This document shows positions 1 through 10,885 of a stretch of 64,000 nt of DNA, in pieces. Source of the stretch: Octopus bimaculoides. Its lineage: Eukaryota. The number at the start of each line of letters is the position of its first letter. The stretch's first letter is position 1. A program made the translations under genes and the position numbers. Under the pieces are notes generated by a model. That model was not told where the DNA came from, made no database searches, and was given only the letters and a program-made list of their open reading frames with translations. The stretch lies in NCBI RefSeq assembly GCF_001194135.2, contig NC_068984.1, positions 85,642,771-85,706,770 of the forward strand. The letters run 5' to 3'.

Positions 1-316
1 CACTTTTCTGTTGTGACACAGTTGGATGCTTTTTCTAATGCTGGGTGCTTTTTACGTGCCACCTGCATGGATGCATTCACGCAGCACCACCAACATGAGT
101 GTACTTTATGTGGCACTGGCACCTGTAAAGGGCACACCTGTATGTATGGCTGACTGTGATTTTACTTAACTTGATGCACCTTCACAAATACAGCAAATTG
201 CCACACACACACATTTATAATCTCAAAAGATTGGAAAAAATTTGGGTATTATTTATTCACCATTACATGTCTTTCATTTGTTAATATGAGTTACAAAATT
301 GTACATGTTGGAGAAA

Positions 317-712
317 CAGGAGTGGCTGTGTGGTAAGTAGCTTGCTTACCAACCACATGGTTCCAAGTTCAGTCCCACTGCATGGCACCTTGGGCAAGTG
401 TCTTCTACTATAGCCTTGGGCCGACCAAAGCCTTGTGAGTGGATTTGGTAGACGGAAACTGGAAGAAGCCCGTTGTATATATATGTATGTGTGTTTGTGT
501 GTCTGTGTTTGTCCCCCATCATTGCTTGACAACCGATGCTGGTGTGTTTACGTCCCCGTAACTTAGTGGTTCGGCAAAAAGAGACCGATAGAATAAGTAC
601 TAGGCTTACAAAGAATAAGTCCTGGGGTCGATTTTCTCGACTAAAGGTGGTGCTCCAGCATGGCCGCAGTCAAATGACTGAAACAAGTAAAAGAGTAAAG
701 AGTAAATTGTAC
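317..712 (+). mobile_element. tRNA-derived SINE family A (near full length)
   Basis: Head caggagtggctgtgtggtaag...ggttccaagttcagtccc (A/B-box-like), core ccttgggcaagtgtcttctac, internal (AT/GT)n, tail ccagcatggccgcagtcaaatgactgaaac. At least 8 copies in the window. Confidence 0.85.
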
Positions 713-799
713 ATGCTGGAGAAAAACAGCACCATGACGCAATTCACTTTGCCAGAAATTTGGAAACGACATGCTGTACTGCTTGACATTTACACCAGA

Positions 800-1030
800 A
801 GCTCCTATATGAACACATGGTGAACACACAGAAATAACCATTGGCTTGCCGTGTCCCCAAAACATGTACTGAGTGTGATAAAAATCAAACAACCAGTCAA
901 CATCATGGTGTTTGAAGTGATCACTAGTGATGGTGACATTATGCCTCCATTCATCTTCCCACACGGCTTCATACTCAACACGAATGCCTACATCAAGTGC
1001 CTGGAGGAGGTAGTGCTGCCCTGCATATAT
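800..1030 (+). mobile_element. Tc1/mariner (maT/DD37D-like) transposase fragment
   Basis: Translates K-Q-P-V-N-I-M-V-F-x-V-I-T-S-D-G-x-I-M-P-P-F-I-F-P-x-G...AYIKCLEEVVLP. Confidence 0.7.
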
Positions 1031-1195
1031 CTTATGTGGGCTAAAGTCCTGATATAGTTGGCATCCCAAGAAAAAGACACAAACATATCAAATAACAGAA
1101 TGGTAGCGGAAGTGGCTATTAATTGGTAAAAATAAAGAAAAGAAAATAAACAGAAAGAGAGGTAGATAGTAATTTCCAGAAATATTCCAGCAGTG

Positions 1196-1324
1196 GCAGG
1201 AATGCTGGCAGAAGTGTGTAGACTCCCAAGGTGAATACTTTGAAGGAAACTAAATCAAAATGGTGAGTTTTTAATATTACTTGTTTTCTGCCCAAAGGTC
1301 GGATACTTTTTTACTACACCTCGT
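1196..1324 (+). mobile_element. mariner 3' end with terminal inverted repeat
   Basis: WQKCVDSQGEYFEGN-stop (mariner C-terminus) followed by TIR-like ggatactttttactacacctcgt. Confidence 0.65.
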
Positions 1325-1351
1325 GTGTGTGTGCCTGTATGTATGTATGTA

Positions 1352-1399
<48 letters not shown>

Positions 1400-1499
1400 C
1401 ATACACATACACACAGCCAGGTAACCTTGTACTTCATCTACAGCAAGACACCTGTATCCGTCTCACTATAACCTTTTCATCATCACCTCCCTCAATTCC

Positions 1500-2229
1500 T
1501 CCTCCCCTCTTAAAAGTTTTGTCTTGCAAGTACTTGGTGACCTTGTCAGTGCAGGTGCCACTAAAAAGCACCCTGTCCACTCTGCTGAGTGGTTGGTGTT
1601 CGGAAGGGCATCCAGCTGTAAAAACCTTGCCAAAACTGACCTTGCCTGTCCTTGTGCCACATACAGAGTACTAAGTCCACTGCAACACCAGCATCAGCCA
1701 TGGTTGCAATCTCACTTTACTTGCCAGGTCTTCTCAGTTACAGCATATCTCCAAAGGTCTACATCTCTTGTCATTGCCTCTGTGAGACTCAACGTTTGAA
1801 GATCATGCTTCACCACTTCATCCCATGTCTTCCTGGACCTACCTCTTTCACAGGTTCCTTCTGCTGTTAGGGTGTGACACTTCTCCACACAGCTGTCCTC
1901 ATTCATATGCAACACATGACCAGACCAGTACAGTCATCTCTCTTGCACACCACATCTGATGCTTCTTATGTTCAAATTTTCTCTCAGAGTGCTTGCACAT
2001 CTAGCAGATCATACTAGCTTCATTTCTTTCAAGCCTGTGCATGTCTTCAGCAATCATGGCCCATGTTTCACTGCAGTGTAGCATTGCAGTTAGCACACAT
2101 TCATCATACAGTCTACCTTTAACTCTGAGCGAGAGGCCCTTTGTTGCCAGCAGAAGTAGGAGCTTTCTGAACTTTACCCAGGCTATTCTTATTCTAGCAG
2201 CTACACTCTCAGAGCATCCACCCCCGTAA
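1500..2229 (-). mobile_element. RTE-clade LINE 3' fragment
   Basis: Minus strand encodes ARIRIAWVKF...RLYD-CV...ETWAM...GHVL-MNEDSCV-KC...GR-RKTWDEVV...LWRYAV; 3' UTR follows. Confidence 0.8.
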
Positions 2230-2639
2230 CATACTTGATTGCTGAGGGATGGGAAGGAATGGGAAGGTGGGGTAGGAGTGCGTAAGTGTGAGATGGGCTT
2301 ATGAGGGAGTGATGAACAAAATACCTATGTTTCCAAAGGGGAATTATCCACACCCCAAAGAATTCCTCTCAACACATGGCTATGATGTTCCCTCACTACT
2401 TCTGCTCATGATCAGATATGCACTTATCATCAGCCACTAAGGGACATGCTCAATCGGTTATGGTCAAACAACTAACAAGCAAATGTGTGGTATTGAGCAG
2501 AATATTTGCTGTAGCCCACCTTTTATACCAAGACAAAACAATGTACATGGTAACACTTCCAGTCAGTTAAGATCAGGTGCCATGAAAGCCACTGCTTGGT
2601 ACTGCATCAAGGCATTTATTATTATTATCATTATTATTT

Positions 2640-2830
2640 GTTAGCACACTGGACGAAATGCTTAGCAGTATTTTGTCCATCTTCACATTCAAATTCCACT
2701 GAGGCCAACTTTGCCTTTCACCTTTTCAGGGTCAATAAAATAAGTATCAGTTGCACACTGGGGTCGATGTAATTTACTTACAACCAAAATTACTGGCTTT
2801 GTGCCAAAATTTGAAACTATTATTATTATT
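2640..2830 (+). mobile_element. tRNA-derived SINE family B (Nin/Deu-like central domain)
   Basis: Motif gcctttca(t)c(c)ttt(t)caggg(g)tcaataaaataagta...ctggggtcgat, (TAT)n tail. Related copies at 4129-4310(+), 8715-8906(-), 25185-25290(+), 30648-30852(-), 32013-32205(-). Confidence 0.75.
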
Positions 2831-2834
2831 ATTT

Positions 2835-4115
2835 TATTTACCTGCATGCTTGTTACAATCACTTGCCGAGACACACCCAGTGTCCTAGGGTAAGTGAAGG
2901 ATGAGAGATGTTACAGTATGACTGAAAGCTTGGAGAGGGGAAGTCGCAGGGACAGTAGTGAAATATCTTCATGTAATACAACTCAGACATTCTATGGACA
3001 GTACTTGTCAGTACAATCTTTTGGATTTCTTTGAGACATGGTTCTCCTGGGATATTTAGATGTTTTTGACATCCCTTATCATACCTGGGGAACCCACAAT
3101 ACCAGGATACCACATCTTTTGTATTTCAATTTTCAGGTCTTTATAGTTACGTAATTTGTCAAATTCCTTTACAGATATATTTTGGTCAGTGGGAACACTT
3201 ACATCTATTAGTCTACAAGTATTTTCTTCCCTGTTTTTAATGACTATCTACGGTCGATTAGCCTGGATTGTTCTGTCAGTGTTGACTAGAAAATCCCAGA
3301 GGATTGTGACACTTTTACCTTCAAAAACTGGCCCGGGGTGATGTTCATACCAGTAAGCAGGAGTGTTGATTTTTGTAGTTTTGCATATTTTCCAATGTAA
3401 ATACTGTCCTACCCTATTGTGGCAATCTTTGTTTTTGTTTGGCGTCAGCACAGGACATTCTAGCTCTTCGTTGTTTCTAGCAAGCAGCTTCAGATTGTCC
3501 ATATAAAATAAATGGTTTACAATAATATTATACACTTTGAACCCATACCTGGTGATACTCAGTTTGTTTGAGAGTGGGATCAGTGCTATGCAAAAGGGTA
3601 ATGGGAAGAGGGAGTCACCTTGAAAGATGCCTTGTTTGATGTTGCTTTTAGGTTGGCTCATCCCATTACTATGGTGTAGAAGGAGACGTGTATTCCACTT
3701 GGTCATGCTACCTTGTAGGAATTTGGAGACAACTGGAGAGATCTTATATATCTCGAGGGCCTTGAGTATCCAATTATGTGTGACTCTATTAAACGCTTTC
3801 CTGTAGTCTATCCTTACTTAGACTGTAGTCTATCCTTACTTAGACTGTAGTCTATCCATACAGTATGGATAGACTGTAGTCTATCCATACTCAGGTTCTT
3901 CTTTTTACTCAGGCAATTCTCTTATGTCCATAAGAATTCCTTTTTACAGCTTTTTTGAGCTTGTGGAAGGATAGAGTTCTGTTCAAGGAAAGTGTACATT
4001 CTTTCAGTTAGTATCAATATGGGTATCTTGTGGGTAGTGTTAAGACCAGTTATTGGTCAGTAGTTCTTCAGATTTTTCGTGCCTTCAGTTTTTGGTAGAA
4101 GATGTATTGTTCCTT
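2835..4115 (-). mobile_element. degenerate R4/Dong-clade non-LTR retrotransposon (RT + REL endonuclease), internally deleted
   Basis: Minus strand: WIDY-KAF, GIFQGDSL-PL-FCIAL-PLS, HLFYMD-LKL, HN-V---LHW, WYEH-P, ILWDF, ANRP, then DVSVP-D-N---KE-DK---YKDL. Ends at a (TAA)n run near 2820. Confidence 0.85.
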
Positions 4116-4128
4116 CAATTATTATTAA

Positions 4129-4310
4129 GGCAGTGAGCTGACAGAATCGTTAGCACATTTGACAAAATGCTTAGCGTTATTTCACCTGTCACTACATTCT
4201 GAGTTCAAATTCCACCAAGATCGACATTGCCTTTCATCCTTTCAGGGGTCAATAAAATAAGTACTATTTTGGACACTGGGGTTATCAACCCTTTTGGCAA
4301 AAATTTGAAA
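4129..4310 (+). mobile_element. SINE family B copy
   Basis: ggcagtgagctgacagaatcgttagc head plus the Nin-like domain. Confidence 0.8.
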
Positions 4311-5089
4311 TAATATTAATAATAATAATAATAATAATTATTATTATTATCTGATGCTAACATCTTTAGAATCACCTTTTAATAATAACCCAAATTATTG
4401 ATTACTCCTTCAACACCACCACCTCTCATTCCATTGTTCAGTGAACTCCAAAGGATTCTGGTGATTGATTATGATTGGTGGATTTCTTGTGCTATTGTCA
4501 GTGTGTGTGAGAGAGTGCATATGCATGTCGTACAGCCTTGAATGCAATATATATGTGTGCATGTTAGTGTATAGTGTATTGGTGTTGATATGTGTTTATT
4601 TACATGTATGTCTTTGTGTGCATTAGTGTGCAAGTGAATAACATTGCAAACCAGTGCAGCAGTAGAATTTGAACTCTGCAGCACCCCCCTAATTCCCCCT
4701 TAATTACAGTGCTTCTATATATTCAACTTGCTATCATTTTGGTGAACTTTTCTTGTCATGACTATTTGTAAACCACTCCAACAAAAGTCTGTTAATTTAA
4801 AAAAAAAAAGAAAAGAAAAACTGAGCTAAGAGAGATAGCTCAAGTGGATCAGTAACATGAATTTAGAAGAAAATCACAAACAAGGTGATACACTGAATGG
4901 TAGAAGTAAAAATAAATAAAACAAATTGTTAAATTGAGAAATCTGCATTTTGGTTGAAAGAAGAAAGTAAAAATAAAACAGTAAGTATGAATGCTTCTCA
5001 AAGCCAAGGGGAGATAATTCCAATAAAGAACTAGTTTTTCATATTGAATTTCATGCTTGGTGGGAAATGTGACCATTGTAAAGAAAGTT

Positions 5090-5415
5090 TCTGCAATGCA
5101 ACAAATGGCAGTAGGCTCCTCAACTGGGTTGCCACATACTGTGGCACCTTCTCCAGTAGCAACATGGTGTGGTCAGCTACCATCCCAGGCTCCGCTACTC
5201 GTCAGGCTGAGAAAAAAAGAAAAACAACTGTTAAGGTATTGGTCACTCTCTGACAGGTTTTTGGTTGAGCCTGTGGTAGTTGAGACCTCTGGCGTTCTTG
5301 GCCCCACCAGACCATATCTCTGTTCTCTGCTATCAGGGTGGAGATGGCTGTCTGCAAGTGCGAGGTCTATAAGTCAGAATGGTTGTTACAGCACATCTCC
5401 CTCGCTAACCTCCAG
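5090..5415 (+). mobile_element. CRE-like non-LTR retrotransposon C-terminal (REL) fragment
   Basis: Frameshifted G-x-x-L-x-W...GTFS-S...PGSA---AE-K...Y--L---F---PV-VETSGVLGP...WL-Q-ISLA pattern. Confidence 0.55.
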
Positions 5416-7144
5416 GACAAGCTTCCTTTTTTCCATTCCTCTCTTTCTACCTCTCCTCCATTTCCCCTGTCCATCTTTTTCTAACTCTTTTCCTCTAACC
5501 CTCTACCANNNNNNNNNNTATAGGCTATTAATTCATATTCTGAATAAAATTTTTTTTACCCTTTCTTTCTCTACCTCTTCACCTTTCACCTAACTTTCAC
5601 TTTCCTTAATACCCACAAGCCACTGGATGAAATATTGTGTGAACTAGAATTAAGCCCGTAGTACAATGAAAGTCACAAGTAGTCCCAAACAGGAATTCAC
5701 TGACACAAACCATAAACTTACTGTTAAAACTAGTTGCAAACTGTTTGCTACAAGTGAAGCAATCACAAACTTCAAGGCACAAGTAGTTGGGAAGTGTAAA
5801 TTGCAAACACTCACAAGGACTAATTAGCTTTACTTAGACCTTCTTATTAGTATTATTATTTAGTTGGAGCCTTGGAAAAAGAAAATGCCTAGGGAAAAAT
5901 CAAGGATTGGTGTCCCTCAAGCAGTCATGTGCCCTCTTTGATACCTTCAAGCAACTCTTGGATAGGTGGAGCTCTCCAGCCCTGTAAGGCAATTCATCTT
6001 ACAAGAAGGCCACTCCAATGAAAATCAGTCCTACAGCTTGCTGGTCACTGTGGTCAGACTGCCAAGTCTAAAGTGTGGGATCAGATTGGACAGACTGAAT
6101 CTCACTTTAAAACTACTTAGTACAGGTAGGGAGAAATATACTGCATTGTCAAGTATCTGTTTACATAGCCACTTGAGGGCATGCCTCTCTTCATCATGAT
6201 CTTTCAACACAAAGAAACTGCTATCATCCTTATCATGTAGTGAAATTGATTTGGTTGACATTCTACTTAAACTTCTTGAGATAGGTATTTGTAGGATATA
6301 ATGAAGTCTGGGGAGTAAGAATTGAGCAAATTGTTTAATTTAGTTTATATGATAAAACGGGGAGAAATATGTGGAGGTGATTTGCAGAGAATAAAGTCAT
6401 TGTGTTAGCAGCAGTGACTGCGTTAGTCAGTGAGAATAAAGGAAAGTGAAAGGAGAGAACTTTTAAAATATCCAGCCTCAGAGAAAGTGTTCGACTTCAA
6501 ACTGCAGAAAGATGATGATTATCGCAAGAAGCCAATGTGATAATTGGAGAGAAATACTGCTAAACAACTAGTCACAACACATGAAGAAGTAGAAACAAGG
6601 CTTGAAGTTAAAAAGAATAACTGAAAGTAAAATACAATGAAATACAAGAAGGAAATGGAGCAAGGCTTAAAGTTAAAACATTTAGGATAACAAAGAGTGA
6701 AGAAAAAACTTATTTTTGACCAGCACTACACTTGTGTGTATACAGATTATGTGTGTGTGAGTTTGTTTCTATAACCTATTCAATGCTACTGTCTACGTGA
6801 CCAGTTCAATAGAAAATATCTAGAACAGCAAGAATACGAAGAAATCTTTGTTCATTATACTCTTGTTACACTAAAAGACCACCTGCAATACAGACTATCT
6901 ACTGGTCATCATTATTGTCATTAGCTTTACCCTTTCCACTAGATATGGTAAATCAATGTAGTCATTAGGTACGCTGTGATTGATTTCTTGTACAAAAATG
7001 TGATGTATGTGGGATTGTGACTGCACCTGTAAAAAGTTATGCGTGTGTGTTCATATACACACACACATACATATGATGCACATGCACTCTTGCCAGCATG
7101 GGAAGTGGACATAAAATTATGATGATAGTAGAGTCTCAATGTTT

Positions 7145-7460
7145 GATATTCATCATCATCATCATCGTTTAGCATCTGTTTCCGTGCTGGCATGGCTTAG
7201 ACTGTTTGACTGGAACTGGTAAGCTGGAGAGTTGTCTTATTTTGGCCTGGTCTCTATGGCTGGATGCCTTTCCTAATGCCAATCACCTCAGAGTGTACCA
7301 GGTGCCCTTAATGTGTCACTGGCACAGGTGTCTTTAACGTGTCACCGGCACAGGTGCCCTAAACGAGTCTCTTGCATGGGTACCCTTAACGTGTCACCAG
7401 CACAGGTGCCTTTAATGTGTCATTGGCATGGATGCCTTGAACGTGTCACCAGCACAGGTG
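7145..7460 (-). mobile_element. RTE 3'-UTR-derived repeat with (GAT)n tail and 26-nt tandem array
   Basis: catcatcatcgtttagcatctgtttccgtgctggcatgg tail on the minus strand; six 26-nt units at 7301-7456. Confidence 0.75.
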
Positions 7461-7679
7461 CACCAGCGTTGCTGGGGGGAGCAGTAGGGGTGGTCCACCC
7501 TGGGTGGCACTTTTAAAGGGGCACCACTTTTGGGTCTGCTGTAAGCAATATGTGTTTTTTGTAGAGTCTGGGGGCAGGAAACAGAAGGGCTGCCCAGGGC
7601 AGCACACACACTCTAGCTACACAAGTACGTGGATGCCATTGACATGTCATCAGCACTGGCCATGATTATGATTCAAATA

Positions 7680-7880
7680 AGCTTGACATGTCTTCAATGC
7701 ACAACAATTCGCCAAAAGTGTCAGTCACTTGTCATCGACTCCATGAGACTCAATATCCGAAGATCATACTTCACCACCTCATCCTTTGTTTTCCTGGATC
7801 TACCTCTTCCACGGGTTCCCTCCACAGTTAGAGATTGAGACTTCTTTATGCAGCTGTCCTTGTCTATATGCATCACATGG
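7680..7880 (-). mobile_element. RTE LINE ORF 3' end fragment
   Basis: Minus strand GHVMHIDKDSCIKKSQSLTVEGTRGRGRSRKTKDEVVKYDLRILSL. Confidence 0.8.
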
Positions 7881-9371
7881 CCAGAATTGAGTAAAGCATT
7901 TGGGGGCTGTGTAGCTCATACCATTACCCCATTACCCATGGCTAATTTACTTACCTCTCTTCTTTTCTCGGTCTCTCTATCTCACTCATACACACACACA
8001 CACACACACACATTCTTTCAGTGTTATGGATAATATATATGTAACCTAATACAACCTGTTATATGCTTGGGTCTTTGGTGAGTAAACCACCTTCCCTCGC
8101 CAGGTTAACCTAGGGGAAATGGTTGCTGCAAACTAATCAATGCAAAATGTTGGTTACAGCATGGGGACAATGGCTGTCTGGCAATAATATAATATATAAT
8201 ATATATATAAACACAAGGAGTGATGAAGAGACTTGGACTCATTTGTCATTTGTTGTTGTGATGAGAATAGCTTGTCTTGGAGAGAGTCGGCCAGCTAACT
8301 TTATAATGAGCATAGACCGTTTATTGCACACCCTCTTTTCTCTATCCTACAAAGCATGCTCCTTTCTTCATTTTTGCTCAACAATTTAACATCAGTTGTT
8401 AAAAATGCATGCAAAAAATTTGCCTGGTGAATCTAGTAATATTTGAAATGTTCTATGCTGAATTGCATCAAGGGTCATAAAATTAAGAAAAACATTCTCG
8501 TTTACACTGCTCCATCTACCTCTGTCACTTACCCCTCTCTTCCCTGAGTGATCTCACCTGCTTTCGTTATTCCTAATGTTTTACAATGGATTAAAACATT
8601 TTGCTGAAATTGTTCAGGATTCATGTAGTTCACTCACATTTAGTGTGCCCTGTGGTGTGACTAATGCACAGCACCAGTCCTGTTGGTAGGTCAAGCCAAT
8701 ATAATCCTATCTGTTTTAGGCACAAGGCCTGAAATTTTGGAGGAGGGGGCTAATAGTTTACATTAATCCAGTGCTCAACTGGTACTTATTCTATCAACTC
8801 TGAAGAGATGAAAGGCAAAGTCGACCTCAGCAGCATTTGAACTCGGAACATAAAGACAGACAAAAGGCTGCTAAGCATTTTGTCCGGCATGCTAATGATT
8901 CTGCTATGGTTTTTGAATTTACACACAGTCAAAGTACCAAAGGTATTGATGGAAGCCATATTTTCTGCTATCTAAACATAGATGTCACTTAGTGGCTCAC
9001 TAAATATACCAAGTAGGGTGTTAGTTCCTTAAACGAATAACACAGATTTATCATTACAACTGTCGGCATCAGAAATGCGCTGGTCTGTTGTAAACACGAT
9101 ATAGATCTGTATTTTTAAGTCCCTTTATTTCTGTTGAAAAAGAAATGAGTTTGCCATCTTGTGTGTATGTGCAGAGAGAGAGAGAGAGGCATGAGACTGA
9201 ATACTATTGATATAATTTCCTTGAGAGTAAGGCTCGATCTCTAATGCAATCTGTCGAGGGTCAAAACTATTTCCAATGGGATATTTTAGTAGAGTGCATT
9301 GCTGATTTGCTGTTTTAATATGTCAGCTACCTTTTGTCCATCATCTCGAGAATTCACAAACACACACACAC

Positions 9372-9426
9372 ATTCATTCTTTTATATGTTTCAGCTCTAA
9401 GGCTGTGGCCATGCTGGGGCACCACC
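9372..9426 (-). mobile_element. isolated CR1/SINE-A-type 3' terminus
   Basis: Minus strand ggtggtgccccagcatggccacagccttagagctgaaacatataaaagaatgaa matches the CR1 end at 52088-52147. Confidence 0.65.
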
Positions 9427-10479
9427 AGTGAAAAATAAGCGGTACTTCTCATGAGACAGATTTGAATCTTTGACTTAAAGATGACTGCTGTTATTCAGCT
9501 ATAGTCCTCCGCTCTGCTAACTCAGCTATTGCATAATTTGTTATTATATTTTTTCCTTTGTTCTTTCCTTCTCCCAATCTCGTATTTAAACCATTAACGG
9601 TTTCTGATTAACACAAGCACTTGAATATGCCCCCCCCCACCACCACCACCACATCATTCCATCATAATTGGTTCATGGGAATTAATTGCTTAATCGTTCA
9701 TGGGAGATAACTACTCCATGGAAAGTACTTGCTGGAGCCTTTACGTGGATATTTATTTAACCTGTCAGAAATAGTACCCAGTCCTTCAAACCAAACCCTA
9801 CTTCTTAAAAAAGAAAATGAATGTAATCCAAGTTAGATTTTAAGACGAACTAAAATGTGTTTCATCATTGATCTATTCAAAGAAGTGACCTTGAGCTAAA
9901 TAGCAAGAACCCCTCCGCGTGGACACCCATCGGCTAGAAATATCAGAAAAAGCCCTCTCAGATTTCATCATAACTTAGAGACTGGTGCCCGTGACCACTA
10001 CCTAGGAGGAGTTACAATCACTAAAGTAAGGTAAATTCATGTGCCAACAAGATGTTGTAAAGATGAAAAGTATTGTTGGCTTGCTTCAAATGAAGTTTTC
10101 ATTTTCTTTTTAATGGTTTAGTGAGCGAGAAAGGGTAGCCTTAAGTTTTTTTCAGTATATTTGACACTAGTGGGTGAAAGGAATGCAGAAACCATGACCC
10201 TCATCGATTATCCTTGGATTGGCAACTCAGTCTGATTTCTTTTCTTGCAGTAACATGGACTCTGCTGTAGGCATCCAACAGCTAGCTTGATTCTAATAAT
10301 AGATATTCTACTATTCTGATAATTCTAATATTCAAACAAGAGCACTCAAAGAGTGCAAACCTCCGCCAAGACAACACCAATGTCCTCTCAACAATTATCC
10401 AGAGATAATTTTTAAATTGAGAATATCTGTAATAAACTCGACTCCTCTCATAAACAAGAATACTCAAAATGAACCTGAC

Positions 10480-10706
10480 CACTCCCCAAAATTAAATTAA
10501 AAAAACTGGAAAAATAATCTAGAATCCCTATCTGGTTCCAGATCGATCCCAAAATTTAATCAGTTCATGCCAGTCACAAGGCCAAGCATCCCTGAAAGTT
10601 TCGTCCAAATCCATTTGGCAGTTCTTGAGATATCTTGTCCATGGACAAACAAACAAACAAACATAAGTGAAAACAATACCTCCGCCTTAGCGAAGGCGGA
10701 GGTAAT
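10480..10706 (+). mobile_element. Helentron/HINE-like non-autonomous element end with terminal hairpin
   Basis: aaagtttcgtccaaatcc...(ACAA)n...gaaaacaatacctccgccttagcgaaggcggaggtaat; perfect 12-bp stem at 10677-10704. Class assignment is inference. Confidence 0.55.
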
Positions 10707-10714
10707 AATATATA

Positions 10715-10885
10715 TCCTAATTATTCTAATAATTCTAATATTCCAATAATAGATATTCTATTATTCTAATAATAGATATTCTACTAATCTAGTAATTCTA
10801 ATATTCCAATAATAAATATTCTATTATTCTAATATTCTAATAATAGATCTTCTATTTTAATAATTCTAATATTCAGATAATAGAT
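10715..10885. repeat. degenerate AT-rich satellite (attcta/ataat units)
   Basis: Repeated atattctattattctaataatag; the same array also appears at 10291-10335. Confidence 0.7.

Noticed and set aside
317-390. tRNA genes at SINE heads
   Set aside because: Only A/B-box-like remnants; no cloverleaf, and each continues into a SINE body.
281-823. ORFs such as KETDRISTRLTKNKSWGR / MPKVPCSGTE (recurring at 31458-32628, 35391, 36506)
   Set aside because: Chance translations of SINE family A; the same peptide recurs wherever the SINE occurs.
5600-6260. ORFs 5966-6199 and 6031-6261 as a gene or Tx1-like LINE remnant
   Set aside because: No convincing motif or splice structure; cannot be classified without a search.
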